From: Actinomycetota bacterium
GTDB taxonomy: Bacteria > Actinomycetota > Actinomycetes > Mycobacteriales > SCTD01
Reading direction: 5' to 3'
Length of the DNA: 64,000 bases
Assembly: GCA_046723735.1 (NCBI GenBank)
Contig: JBKOVB010000088.1
Span: 6,571-70,570, forward strand
Made by a program: the position numbers and the translations under genes. Each line of letters begins with the position of its first letter. The first letter of the stretch is position 1. Below, piece after piece: positions 46,179 to 56,042 of the stretch. The notes beneath the pieces were generated by a model. It was given only the letters and a program-made list of their open reading frames with translations. It did not search any database and had not been told where the DNA came from.

Positions 46179-48353
46179 CTCGCGCGGTCCGGTTTCCGCG
46201 GCCGGTCGTCGGGCTCGCAGCGCGCGACGCGTGATCTGCACGCTTGCAGCGAACAGCAGGACGGCCGCCCCCGCCACGGTGACCGAGAGCGCGAGTCGTC
46301 CGAACTGCGTCGAGCGCACGATGAGCTCGTTCTCGGGGCCGAACGGCTTGCCGCTGCGGTCCACCACCTGGGCGAACACCACGAACTGCCCGGACCGCTT
46401 GGCCTGCGCCCGCACGCTCGCCTGGATGGCATGGCCCGGGCGGACCGTGAGCAGGCCGGTCTCGGCGTTGGTGAGCGTCGCCGTCTTGGAGGTGAAGCGG
46501 ACGCGCACCTGGATGGGCACGCGCAGGGTGTTCTCGAGCGAGACGGACAGGGTGCCTTTGCTGCTCGTCAGCAGCGCGTGGCCGCCGCGCACCACCACGT
46601 CGTCAGACAGCGACTGCACGAGGTCGTGCAAGTGCCGCGCCGCGGCGCGGGCGCTGCTCGCGTTGGTGCGTCCGGAGCTGGACTCGGCGCGGGCGACCGC
46701 CCGGCGCAGCTCGCCCTTGAGGCCGGCTACGTCGTCCCGCGCCGCGGGGTCGGGGCTGAGGACGGCGTCGGTGAGCTGCCCTGCGAGGTCCCGGTCGGCG
46801 GCGACGTGCCCGAGGAAGGACGGGGCGAGCTCGCCGGTGGCGTCGGTGCGGGCGGGACCGCGCGACACGGGCGCGGGCAGCCGGCCCTCGGCCAGGTCGG
46901 CGCACCGACCGGTGTCGTTCGCGACGGCGGCGAGGTCGACCTGGCACAGCCACGGCAGCCGGCCGAGGTCGCGCAGGACCGCCTGGGCCCCGGCCCGGTC
47001 GACGTCGCTGCCCCGGGGCAGCGCCAGCACGAGGGTGCGGGTCTCGCTCGGCCGCTCGAAGGCGACAACGGCGCTCTCGGCGACGAAGCGCTGCTCGGCC
47101 ACCCGGGAGCCGAAGGGACTCTTGCCGGTCAGCAGCTCCGAGAGGTCTGGGTCCACCACGAGGCCGTCCAGGTCGGCGCCGGTGGCCGAGGTGGTGAACG
47201 GTGTCTGCGCGGTCGGCGTGTGGTTGGGCGGCACGCCGTCGTCGTCGTACGCCGAGGCGTCGAGCACGAAGGCCCGGGCGCCGGCGAGCGCGAGCGCGTT
47301 GGCCGCGGCGGGCGTCACCGGCCCGGCGGGCGGCCACGCCACGTTCGTCACCGGGGCCACGCCCAGCACCTGCTGGGTGACCTGCGACCCGAGCGCCATC
47401 GCGTTGCTCAGGTCGTCGCGTCCGCGGGCGTCGCGCGCGAGCGCCGAGACGTCGGGGTCGGCGTACGGCAGGGCGAGCACGTGGCCGGCGAGGTTCGCGT
47501 CGTGCAGGCCCGCGAGCCAGCTGGCCGCGGCTGTGGTGCCCTGACCCGTGCGGGTGCCGTCGGCCTCGCGCACGCGGTACCGCCGGCTCATGGTCTGCGC
47601 GGTCTCGAGCAGGTCCGGGTCCACGGCGTACGTCACCGAGACCGGCTGGCAGCGTGTGGGTCGCGGGTCCGGCACGCCTGAGGCGCGAACTGCCGCCGGC
47701 TCGCACTCGGGGACGAGCGCACCGCGGGCCGCCTCCAGCAGTCGCCCGAGCCGACCGTCGCGCGCCAGTCGGGAGGCGAGCTCGTCGTCGGAGAGCGTGC
47801 CGTCCGGGAGCGCGTGCGGGACGTCCGTGAGAGGCCACAGCACGGACACCCGGCTCGGGCGGGGCACGCCCGTGGCGAAGTAGGGGAGCCAGGTCGGGGC
47901 CAGCCCGAGGTTGTCGTTGCCGTCGCCCGCGTCGCCGCGGGCCACGACGTCAAGCGGGTAGACGCCGGTGCCGTCCAGGCGCAGCGTGCGGACGTCCGTG
48001 CGGACGTCGAACGACACGGTGTGCCCGGGAGCGAGCACGCCGGGCACGGTCGTGCTCACTCGCAGCGAGGTGGGCGGACGGTCCTGGTCGGCGTCCTGGA
48101 ACACGCCGTGGGTCGTCACACGCTCGCCGACCTGCAGGCGGACGCGCAGGTTCGCGACCGGTCGCGAGCCGGTGTTGCGCAGGGTCCCGCGGACCTCGAC
48201 CGCGCTGCCCGGGCGCGGCGCACGCGGAAGGATCTCGGTGAGCGTGACCCGCAGCGGGTCCTCGGGCTCCTGCGTCGGGCTCGGTGCGGGCTCGGCAGCG
48301 GCGGGCACGGCCAGGCCGACCAGCAGGAGCCCGGCGACGAGGAGCTTCTTCAT
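46176..48353 (-). CDS. DUF6049 family secreted/membrane protein (Rv3909-like)
   Basis: Signal peptide [20 protein letters not shown] and a C-terminal TM helix. Conserved position between the NUDIX gene and murJ. Confidence 0.8.
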   Translation of the reverse strand: MKKLLVAGLLLVGLAVPAAAEPAPSPTQEPEDPLRVTLTEILPRAPRPGSAVEVRGTLRNTGSRPVANLRVRLQVGERVTTHGVFQDADQDRPPTSLRVSTTVPGVLAPGHTVSFDVRTDVRTLRLDGTGVYPLDVVARGDAGDGNDNLGLAPTWLPYFATGVPRPSRVSVLWPLTDVPHALPDGTLSDDELASRLARDGRLGRLLEAARGALVPECEPAAVRASGVPDPRPTRCQPVSVTYAVDPDLLETAQTMSRRYRVREADGTRTGQGTTAAASWLAGLHDANLAGHVLALPYADPDVSALARDARGRDDLSNAMALGSQVTQQVLGVAPVTNVAWPPAGPVTPAAANALALAGARAFVLDASAYDDDGVPPNHTPTAQTPFTTSATGADLDGLVVDPDLSELLTGKSPFGSRVAEQRFVAESAVVAFERPSETRTLVLALPRGSDVDRAGAQAVLRDLGRLPWLCQVDLAAVANDTGRCADLAEGRLPAPVSRGPARTDATGELAPSFLGHVAADRDLAGQLTDAVLSPDPAARDDVAGLKGELRRAVARAESSSGRTNASSARAAARHLHDLVQSLSDDVVVRGGHALLTSSKGTLSVSLENTLRVPIQVRVRFTSKTATLTNAETGLLTVRPGHAIQASVRAQAKRSGQFVVFAQVVDRSGKPFGPENELIVRSTQFGRLALSVTVAGAAVLLFAASVQITRRALRARRPAAETGPRE

Positions 48354-48838
48354 GCGCTCTCGGCGAGCAGGTCGGTGACGCGCGCCACGAGGCGGCGCTC
48401 GTCGGCGTACGCCAGCCGGTCCCCGAGCTCGGGTACCGGGACCCAGGCGACCGCGCTCACCTCGACGTCGGCGTCGGAGAGCTCCTGGGCCGGGTCGAGG
48501 GCGAGCAACAGGTAGTGGTGCACGGTCTTGTGCACCCGCCGGCCCTCCGCGACGAACCAGAAGTCGATGGTGCCGAGCTCGGCGATCACCTCGCCCTCGA
48601 TGCCGGTCTCCTCGGCGACCTCGCGCACCGCGGCCTCGGCGGCCGTCTCACCGGCCTCCACGTGGCCCTTCGGCAGCGACCAGAGCAGCCGCCCACGACG
48701 ATCGGTGCGGCCGATCAATGCCCCGCGCGCCTCCGGTCCGCGCACGTCCAGGACGAGGCCCCCGGCGCTCGTCTCGTCCACCCGCCTCAACCCCTTGCTG
48801 GGCGGCCGACGCCGCGGCGGGGTGGGGACGGGAGCCAT
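48350..48838 (-). CDS. NUDIX hydrolase (MutT4-like)
   Basis: Nudix box [27 protein letters not shown] overlap with the downstream gene. Confidence 0.85.
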   Translation of the reverse strand: MAPVPTPPRRRPPSKGLRRVDETSAGGLVLDVRGPEARGALIGRTDRRGRLLWSLPKGHVEAGETAAEAAVREVAEETGIEGEVIAELGTIDFWFVAEGRRVHKTVHHYLLLALDPAQELSDADVEVSAVAWVPVPELGDRLAYADERRLVARVTDLLAESA

Positions 48839-48889
48839 GCAGCCAGGGTACGGCGGGTGAACAGCGGCAGACGCCTACGCTTGGGCCCC

Positions 48890-50359
48890 GTGCCGGACCT
48901 GAGCCAGCTGCAGAGCAACGCCGTCCAGGCGCTGCTCGCGCGTTCGCCCGTGCTCGCGGAGCTGGGCGAGCGGTTCCTCGCGGCGGGGCACACCGTGCAC
49001 CTCGTCGGCGGCTCGGTCCGCGACGCGCTGCTCGGTCGGCTCGGCGACGACCTGGACCTCACGACGGACGCGCGCCCCGAACAGGTGCTGGCGCTCGTCG
49101 AGGGCTGGGCGGAGGCGACGTGGGAGGCGGGCATCGCCTTCGGCACCGTGGGGGTCGCCAAGCGGGGTCAGCGCATCGAGATCACGACGTACCGGGCGGA
49201 GTCCTACGACCCGTCCTCCCGCAAGCCCGCGGTCTCGTACGGCGACAGCCTGGCCGAGGACCTGGTCCGCCGCGACTTCGCGATGAACGCCATGGCGCTC
49301 GCCCTGCCGGACTGGAAGGCACCCGGTGCCTTCGTCGACCCGTACGGAGGGATGGAGGACCTGGCCGCCGGGCTGATCCGCACCCCGGGCCGGCCGGAGG
49401 ACTCCTTCGACGACGACCCGCTGCGGATGCTGCGCGCCGCCCGGTTCGCCTCGCAGCTCGGCTTCACCGTCGCCCCCGAGGTCGTCGCGGCCATGAAGGA
49501 CCGCGCCCCTCGCCTCGCCATCGTCAGCGCGGAGCGGGTCCGCGGCGAGCTCGAGAAGCTGCTGCTCGGCGCCCACCCACGGCTCGGGCTGCAGCTGCTC
49601 GTCGACACCGGGCTCGCCGACGTCGTGCTGCCCGAGCTGCCGGCGCTGCGGCTCGAGATCGACGAGCACCACCAGCACAAGGACGTCTACGAGCACACGC
49701 TGCAGGTCCTCGAGCGGGCCATCATGCTCGAGGACGACGGACCCGACCTCGTGCTCCGGCTGGCGGCGCTGCTGCACGACATCGGCAAGCCGGCGACCCG
49801 CCGGCACGAGCCGGGCGGCGGGGTGTCGTTCCACCACCACGAGGTCAAGGGTGCGCACCTGGCGCGCAAGCGCCTCAAGGCGCTCACCTTCGGCAAGGAC
49901 GTCGTGGAGGCCGTCTTCCTCCTCACCGAGATGCACCTGCGCTTCCACGGTTACGGCCAGCCCGGCACGTCGCCGTGGACGGACGCCGCCGTACGCCGGT
50001 ACGTCCACGACGCGGGCGACCAGCTGGACCGGCTGCACAAGCTGACCCGCTCGGACTGCACCACTCGCAACAAGCGGCGGGCGGAGCGGCTCTCCCGGGC
50101 CTACGACGACCTCGAGCGCCGCATCGCCGACCTCGCCGCGCAGGAGGAGCTGCGTGCCATCCGCCCGGACCTGGACGGCAACGAGATCATGGAGATCCTG
50201 GGCCTGCCGCCCGGGCCCGAGGTCGGGCGGGCGTACAAGCACCTGCTCGCGCTGCGCATGGAGCACGGCCCGCTGCCAAGGGAGGAGGCGGTCGCCGCCC
50301 TGCAGTCCTGGGCCCGGGAGGAGCTGGCCCGCGAGCCCGACGACACGCGAACGGGCTAG
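48890..50359 (+). CDS. cca: CCA tRNA nucleotidyltransferase
   Basis: Motifs LVGGSVRDALLGR..DLDLTT and RDFAMNAMA, plus an HD domain (HDIGK). Start candidates are GTG 48857, TTG 48881 and GTG 48890. Confidence 0.85.
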   Translation: MPDLSQLQSNAVQALLARSPVLAELGERFLAAGHTVHLVGGSVRDALLGRLGDDLDLTTDARPEQVLALVEGWAEATWEAGIAFGTVGVAKRGQRIEITTYRAESYDPSSRKPAVSYGDSLAEDLVRRDFAMNAMALALPDWKAPGAFVDPYGGMEDLAAGLIRTPGRPEDSFDDDPLRMLRAARFASQLGFTVAPEVVAAMKDRAPRLAIVSAERVRGELEKLLLGAHPRLGLQLLVDTGLADVVLPELPALRLEIDEHHQHKDVYEHTLQVLERAIMLEDDGPDLVLRLAALLHDIGKPATRRHEPGGGVSFHHHEVKGAHLARKRLKALTFGKDVVEAVFLLTEMHLRFHGYGQPGTSPWTDAAVRRYVHDAGDQLDRLHKLTRSDCTTRNKRRAERLSRAYDDLERRIADLAAQEELRAIRPDLDGNEIMEILGLPPGPEVGRAYKHLLALRMEHGPLPREEAVAALQSWAREELAREPDDTRTG

Positions 50360-50371
50360 TTCCTTCGTGCC

Positions 50372-51646
50372 ATGCCAACCACCCGTTGTGCTGACGATGA
50401 TGGCGACGTGACGGACACACCGGGCTTCTTCGCGGGCGACCGCGGCTGGAAGGCCGTGCTGGCGGGTGCGCTGTCCGTCCTGGTCGCTGCCGTCGTCGTG
50501 CTCGTCGCCCGAGGCGGCGACCCGGCGACCGCCGACACCTACGTCACCTCGGCGCACCGCGCCGTCGTGGTGCTCGCCGACGGCACCACGAAGCCAGCCA
50601 TGCAGGGCATGCGGGTCCCGGCCGGTGGCCGGGTGCAGACGGCCTCCGACGGCGGCGCCACCCTGAGCACCGCGGGCCGCGACGTCTACCTCGGCCGGGA
50701 AGCCACGCTCGCGGTGCGCGACGGCGTCCGGCAGGAGCTGCGCCAGGGCGACGCGATGGTCGACAGCCGCAACGGCCCGCGCCTCGAGCTCGGGACGCCC
50801 GCCGGCGCGGTGCACGTCGCGTCCGGGGCGCTCGCCCGGGTCGAGGAGCGCGCGCTGCTGCGGCTCGGCGTGTTCGAGGGCACGGCCACCCTGACGGCGG
50901 CCGGGCGCCGGGTGACGACGACCGTGCACGCGCTGCACCAGTCCAAGGCGGCGTACGGCGGGGTTGGGCAGACCCCGAAGGCGCTCGCGCTCGCCGACGA
51001 CGCGTGGGAGCGTCGACTGGCCCCCGGTCTCGTCAACGCCGACCTCGACCTGCGGGCGCTCGCCAAGGGCCTGGACGGTGCCGACGGCGTCGCCGTCATC
51101 CAGAGCGTGTCCACGCGGATGCATGCGGTGCCGGCCTTCTCGGCCGACCGGGGCGAGCAGGCGCTCGCGTTGGCGGTCGCGCAGGCCAGCCCGCACAAGG
51201 ACAAGGTGGCCACCCTGCGCGAGGTGCAGTCCGACCGGGCGAGCGGCGGCTCGTGGGGCGTGGTCGCCGCGCTCGCGTCCGCGCGGGTCAGCACGGTGTC
51301 CGGCGTGCTGAACAGCGCGCTGGCGCCCGACGAGGGCTCACCGCCGGCACAGGCGGGTGGCGGCCCCGACCTCGGCGGCCTGCTCGGCGGGTCGACCGGG
51401 GGCGGCTCCACCGGCGGGAGCACCGGAGGGACCACCGGCGGGAGCACCGGCAGCTCCACCGGAGGACCCCGTCCTACCCCGACGCGCTCGACCCCGCCGA
51501 CCCGGCCGTCGACGAGCCCGCCGCCCAGCGGGCCCGTGGACTCCGTGCTCGACACGGTGTCGCGTCTGCTGGCCTCGCCGACGCCGGGCAGCGTCACGCC
51601 CAGCCCGTCGCCGATCCTGCAGATAGGCCCGATCCGCATCGGGTAG
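50372..51646 (+). CDS. Membrane-anchored FecR-like domain protein with Gly/Ser/Thr and Pro-rich tail
   Basis: TM helix AVLAGALSVLVAAVVVLVA and a beta-rich FecR-like segment, followed by (S/T)TGG repeats and a PT-rich tail. Function unknown. Confidence 0.55.
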   Translation: MPTTRCADDDGDVTDTPGFFAGDRGWKAVLAGALSVLVAAVVVLVARGGDPATADTYVTSAHRAVVVLADGTTKPAMQGMRVPAGGRVQTASDGGATLSTAGRDVYLGREATLAVRDGVRQELRQGDAMVDSRNGPRLELGTPAGAVHVASGALARVEERALLRLGVFEGTATLTAAGRRVTTTVHALHQSKAAYGGVGQTPKALALADDAWERRLAPGLVNADLDLRALAKGLDGADGVAVIQSVSTRMHAVPAFSADRGEQALALAVAQASPHKDKVATLREVQSDRASGGSWGVVAALASARVSTVSGVLNSALAPDEGSPPAQAGGGPDLGGLLGGSTGGGSTGGSTGGTTGGSTGSSTGGPRPTPTRSTPPTRPSTSPPPSGPVDSVLDTVSRLLASPTPGSVTPSPSPILQIGPIRIG

Positions 51647-51649
51647 CTG

Positions 51650-52936
51650 CTACGCGGCGCGTACCGGCTCAGGGGGCTCAGCGGCCCGTCGTACGACGGC
51701 GGCGTAGGTCGTTGCCGTCGTCGCCAGACCCACCGCGACCAGCAGCGCGACGGCGACGCTGCGACCGTCCTCCGGCAGCACCAGCGCCGCGACCACTGCG
51801 GCGACCACGAATGCGACGTTGAACAGGGTGTCGTAGAACGCGAAGACGCGGCCGCGGTAGTCGTCCTCGACCGACTCCTGGAGCAGGGTGTCCACGCAGA
51901 TCTTCGTGGCCTGCGCGGCGAAGCCCAGGACGAGGCCGGCCAGCACGAGCGCCGGGTGCAGGGTGAGCGGCACGAGCACGGCGGTCGTCACGGACGCACC
52001 CAGCAGGACGAGCACGACCCAGGTCTGCGTGCCGAGCCGTCGCGTGGCGCGCGGTGTGACCGCCGCGGCCAGCAGCGCTCCCGCCGCCGCGGCGGTGACG
52101 GTCTGGCCCAGGCCGGTGAAGCCGCGGTGCAGGTAGCCGTGCGGCGGGTAGAGCAGGAGCGTGCTGACGAACAGCAGGCCGCTGAGGAAGCGGACCGCGG
52201 TGATCGTGAGCAGGGCGCGGGCCGCCGGCCCGCGTTCTCGCACGTGCTGGGCACCCTCGACCATGCCGCGCGCCACGGCCGCGAGCGCGTGCCGCAGCGG
52301 GACCCGCTCACCGTCCGGCCCGAGCACCCGACGTCCGAGCCGACTGGCGATCCCGGCGGCAACCAGGTACACGACCCCCGCGACGAGTGCGGTGCGGGCG
52401 GCGAAGTCGTCCCCCTTGCCCCACCAGGCGCGCAGGCCGAGCGTGGCGAAGCCCCCGAGCGAGGTGGCGGCGGTCCCGAGCGTCGTCGTGAAGGCATTGG
52501 CCGTGACGAGGCGCCGCGTCTCGACGGTGTGCGGCAGGCTCGCCGACAGGCCGGACAGCACGAACCGGTTCGTCGACACGACCAGCAGCGCGACGACGAG
52601 CGTGGGCGCACTGGTCGGTCCGCCGCTGTGCAGCGTCAGCGCGAGCAGCACGACCAGCGCGGTGCGCAGCACGTTGGCCACGACGAGCGTCCGCTGCCGC
52701 GACCAGCGGTCGAGGCCGACCCCGGCGAACGGGCCGACGAGGGAGTACGGCAGCAGCAGCGTCGCGAACGCCGCGGCCGCCTCTGCTGCTGAGGTGGCCT
52801 TCTGGGGGTTGAAGAACGTGGCGCCGACGAGGGCGCCCTGGAACAACCCGTCCCCTGCCTGTCCGGTCAGGCGCACCCCGAGCAGCCGTCGGAAGTCCGG
52901 TACGGCGAGCATCGCCCTGATCCGGTGAGGCTGCAC
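51650..52936 (-). CDS. MFS transporter
   Basis: About 12 TM helices and an N-terminal FRRLLGVRLTGQAGDGLFQ motif typical of actinobacterial MFS_1/MFS_3 proteins. Confidence 0.85.
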   Translation of the reverse strand: MQPHRIRAMLAVPDFRRLLGVRLTGQAGDGLFQGALVGATFFNPQKATSAAEAAAAFATLLLPYSLVGPFAGVGLDRWSRQRTLVVANVLRTALVVLLALTLHSGGPTSAPTLVVALLVVSTNRFVLSGLSASLPHTVETRRLVTANAFTTTLGTAATSLGGFATLGLRAWWGKGDDFAARTALVAGVVYLVAAGIASRLGRRVLGPDGERVPLRHALAAVARGMVEGAQHVRERGPAARALLTITAVRFLSGLLFVSTLLLYPPHGYLHRGFTGLGQTVTAAAAGALLAAAVTPRATRRLGTQTWVVLVLLGASVTTAVLVPLTLHPALVLAGLVLGFAAQATKICVDTLLQESVEDDYRGRVFAFYDTLFNVAFVVAAVVAALVLPEDGRSVAVALLVAVGLATTATTYAAVVRRAAEPPEPVRAA

Positions 52937-53019
52937 GCGCTCAACCTATTCGGGAGCCTCGGTGGTCCTCATGGCGTAAGACCGGTGCGCCCTCGGCGAC
53001 CGGCTGGCCCGGGAAGGGT

Positions 53020-54096
53020 GTGGTGGCGATGAGGCGGGTCCTGGTGCTGGTGGTCGTCCTGCTGGCCGTGACAACGACCGGTCTGCGCCTCACGGGCGCG
53101 GCCCCGTCCGGGACGGCACTCGCGGGTGCCTCGCTCACAGCGAGCGCCACGTCCTTGTCCGGGACCCAGCTCGCGATGATGACGGTGAGCCTGCACCTCA
53201 CGGACCCGACGGGAGTCGACACGGGACCGGGCGACATCAGCGACGACGACCGGCTCGCGCTCTGCCCCTGCGCGCTGCTCCGCGTCTCGCCCGAGGTCGC
53301 CGCCGACGGGGGCCGTGGCGAGCGCGTCGTGGAGCTGGGTCGGGTCTCAGGGTCCGTGACGGACGGCGTGTGGGCCGGCTCGGTCACGGTGGGTGCGGTG
53401 GAGCGCGGCACCTGGTCGCTCGTGGGGGTGATCGCGGGGACCCTGCGCGACCCGGTGGCGAACGGCCCAGAGTGGCACGCGGTCGACGGGGCGTCGCTCG
53501 GCGCCACGATCGCCCTGACCGGGTCGCACTGGCCGGTTGTGGCGGTCGCGCCCGTCGTCCCGGTCGCCTTCGCCTCGCCGTACGTCGTGAAGGGGAGGCT
53601 GACCTACTCCGACACCGGCGGCGGAGTGCCCAAGGCGCCTGTGCAGGTGGAGACGCCGGCCTTCGTCGGGCCCTTCCCGCGCTCGGTGCTGATGACGCGG
53701 ACGGACGTCGACGGGAACTGGTCGGTCGTCTCGCGCTCCGCTGCCGAGGGCGTCCGCGCGCTCTTCGACGCGACCGACGCGGAGCTGGGGCCGGAGCAGG
53801 TCTACCAGTGGTCCGCCGGGGTGCTGAGGTTCGGGCGGACCCAGCACTGGATCGTCTCTCTCACGGTGCGCGCCTCGGGGTCGTGGCACTACCTCGACGT
53901 GTCCCTCGTCCCGAGGCAGCAGACGAGCGTGCAGCTGCAGCGGCTGGTGAACGGCAGCTGGTCGCCGGTCCTCACCCGCACGACCGCGTCGAACGGGACG
54001 TTCCGCTTCGCGACGCAGCGGCACGGGTGCTGGCGGGTGCGCGCGATGGCCAACGTCCTCATGGCGCCGTTCACCTCGAGGACGGTGTGCTTCTGA
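53020..54096 (+). CDS. Secreted protein of unknown function with a CarboxypepD_reg-like beta-sandwich segment
   Basis: Signal/TM peptide RRVLVLVVVLLAVTT and a VVKGRLTYSD...TRTDVDGNWSV pattern. Confidence 0.55.
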   Translation: MVAMRRVLVLVVVLLAVTTTGLRLTGAAPSGTALAGASLTASATSLSGTQLAMMTVSLHLTDPTGVDTGPGDISDDDRLALCPCALLRVSPEVAADGGRGERVVELGRVSGSVTDGVWAGSVTVGAVERGTWSLVGVIAGTLRDPVANGPEWHAVDGASLGATIALTGSHWPVVAVAPVVPVAFASPYVVKGRLTYSDTGGGVPKAPVQVETPAFVGPFPRSVLMTRTDVDGNWSVVSRSAAEGVRALFDATDAELGPEQVYQWSAGVLRFGRTQHWIVSLTVRASGSWHYLDVSLVPRQQTSVQLQRLVNGSWSPVLTRTTASNGTFRFATQRHGCWRVRAMANVLMAPFTSRTVCF

Positions 54097-54114
54097 CGCG
54101 GGTGCCTGAACGCG

Positions 54115-54148
54115 ACGGCCCGGCCCCTCGGGGGAGGGACCGGGCCGT
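54115..54148. terminator. Bidirectional GC-rich hairpin between convergent genes
   Basis: ACGGCCCGGCCCCTC-GGGG-GAGGGACCGGGCCGT, about 14 bp of pairing. Confidence 0.5.
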
Positions 54149-54166
54149 CGTACGTGAACGAGCGTG

Positions 54167-55249
54167 CTACGCGCCCTGGATCCAGGCCTCGAGCTCGTCC
54201 TTCGCGACGTCGTCGCGGACCTGGATGGGCGGCGACTTCATGAAGTAGGTGCTGGCCGGGTGCACCGGACCGCCCTGCCCACGGTCCTTGGCGATCTTGG
54301 CGCAGCGGAGCGCGTCGATGATGACGCCGGCGCTGTTCGGGCTGTCCCAGACCTCGAGCTTGTACTCGAGGTTCAGCGGGACGTCGCCGAACGCGCGACC
54401 CTCGAGCCGCACGTAGGCCCACTTGCGGTCGTCGAGCCACTCGACGTAGTCGGACGGGCCGATGTGGACGTTCTTGTCGTGGACCTTGCCGGCGAGCGGG
54501 CCCTCGAGGTTGCTCGTGACGGCCTGGGTCTTGGAGATCTTCTTGGACTCCAGGCGCTCGCGCTCGAGCATGTTCTTGAAGTCCATGTTGCCGCCGACGT
54601 TGAGCTGGTAGGTGCGGTCGAGCACGACGCCGCGGTCCTCGAACAGCTTCGCCATGACGCGGTGCGTGATCGTGGCGCCGACCTGCGACTTGATGTCGTC
54701 GCCGACGATCGGGACACCCGCGTCCTCGAACTTCTTGGCCCACTCGGGGGTGCCGGCGATGAACACGGGCAGCGCGTTGACGAACGCGACGTTCGCGTCG
54801 ATGGCGCACTGCGCGTAGAACTTCGCCGCCTCCTCGGAGCCGACCGGCAGGTAGCACACGAGCACGTCGACGCGGGCCTCCTTGAGGGCCTGCACGACGT
54901 CGACCGGCGTCTCGTCGCTCTCGTCGATGGTCATCCGGTAGTACTTGCCGAGACCGTCGAGGGTGTGGCCGCGCTGCACGGTGACGTCGAGCGGCGGCAC
55001 GTCGGCGATCTTGATGGTGTTGTTCTCCGAGGCCACGATGGCCTCGGACAGGTCGCGGCCGACCTTCTTGGCGTCGACGTCGAACGCGGCGACGAACTCG
55101 ATGTCGCGCACGTGGTAGTCGCCGAGCTGGACGTGCATCAGGCCGGGGACCCTCCCAGCCGGGTCAGCGTCGCGGTAGTACTCGACGCCCTGGACGAGCG
55201 ACGCGGCGCAGTTGCCGACGCCGACGATTGCTACGCGGACGGAACCCAT
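54167..55249 (-). CDS. ino1: myo-Inositol-1-phosphate synthase
   Basis: Motifs [21 protein letters not shown] and [12 protein letters not shown]. The overall length and the adjacent padR gene match the Rv0046c/Rv0047c pair. Confidence 0.95.
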   Translation of the reverse strand: MGSVRVAIVGVGNCAASLVQGVEYYRDADPAGRVPGLMHVQLGDYHVRDIEFVAAFDVDAKKVGRDLSEAIVASENNTIKIADVPPLDVTVQRGHTLDGLGKYYRMTIDESDETPVDVVQALKEARVDVLVCYLPVGSEEAAKFYAQCAIDANVAFVNALPVFIAGTPEWAKKFEDAGVPIVGDDIKSQVGATITHRVMAKLFEDRGVVLDRTYQLNVGGNMDFKNMLERERLESKKISKTQAVTSNLEGPLAGKVHDKNVHIGPSDYVEWLDDRKWAYVRLEGRAFGDVPLNLEYKLEVWDSPNSAGVIIDALRCAKIAKDRGQGGPVHPASTYFMKSPPIQVRDDVAKDELEAWIQGA

Positions 55250-55292
55250 CTGGGTTGTCTCCTTTGGTGAAGCTTGACGAGGTGGGACAGGT

Positions 55293-55892
55293 CTAGCGGT
55301 TGTGCTGGGTGACGTTGCGACGCTCGGTCTCGATGAGCTCGGTGAGCCACCGGACCTCGCGGTCGACGGACTCCAGCCCGTGCTCCTGGAGCTGGAGGGT
55401 GTAGCTGTCGAGGCGGGAGCGCGTGCGGGCGAGCGCAGCGCGCACGCCTTCGCGACGCTCCACGAGCCGGGAACGCCGGCCCTCGAGGATGCGCACGCGC
55501 ACCTCGGGAGCGGTCTTGCTGAAGAACGCGAAGTGGACGCCGAACTGCTCGTCCTCCCAGGAGGACGGGCCCGCCTCGGCGAGGAGCGCGCTGAAGCGCT
55601 CCTTGCCCTCGGCGGTGAGCTTGTAGACCACCTTGCCGCGACGACCGGTGAGCGCCGGTGCGCCGGCCACGACGTCGGCGTCGCCCTCGTCCTCCGCGAT
55701 CCAGCCGGCGTCCTTCATCCGGCGCAGCGTGGGGTAGAGCGAGCCGAACGAGAACGCCCGGAAGCCACCCAGCGTGGCCTTGAGCCGCTGACGCAGCTCG
55801 TAGCCGTGCAGGGGGCTCTCGTGCAGCAGTCCGAGGATGGCGAGCTCCAGCACGTGCCGCCTCACCTCCGACCTCTCGCAGCGACCTATCAT
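55293..55892 (-). CDS. PadR family transcriptional regulator
   Basis: Winged-helix region [45 protein letters not shown] at 55892 or GTG at 55865. The track ORF upstream of that is antisense to the PBP gene. Confidence 0.85.
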   Translation of the reverse strand: MIGRCERSEVRRHVLELAILGLLHESPLHGYELRQRLKATLGGFRAFSFGSLYPTLRRMKDAGWIAEDEGDADVVAGAPALTGRRGKVVYKLTAEGKERFSALLAEAGPSSWEDEQFGVHFAFFSKTAPEVRVRILEGRRSRLVERREGVRAALARTRSRLDSYTLQLQEHGLESVDREVRWLTELIETERRNVTQHNR

Positions 55893-55897
55893 CAGGT

Positions 55898-55914
55898 TGT
55901 ATCGGAACGATACA
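55898..55914. promoter_or_regulatory. Candidate PadR operator
   Basis: Perfect inverted repeat TGTATCG-GAA-CGATACA, AT-rich, 6 nt upstream of the padR ATG in the padR/PBP divergent region. Confidence 0.4.
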
Positions 55915-56042
55915 TCGCCGTGGCACGTTGACCGTACGCCTCGCGTGTCCGGCGAGCAAATCAGACCTGAGCACGAGGTGGGGTGACGGTGACCACACCG
56001 TGACGACCCCTTGAAACGCAGCTGCTGGGAGAGCATCACTCC

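Noticed and set aside
51390-51472. A tandem 12-nt repeat (GGC/AGC ACC GGN GGN).
   Set aside because: It is in frame within the FecR-like gene and encodes an (S/T)TGG linker. This is low-complexity coding sequence, not a CRISPR array or regulatory repeat.
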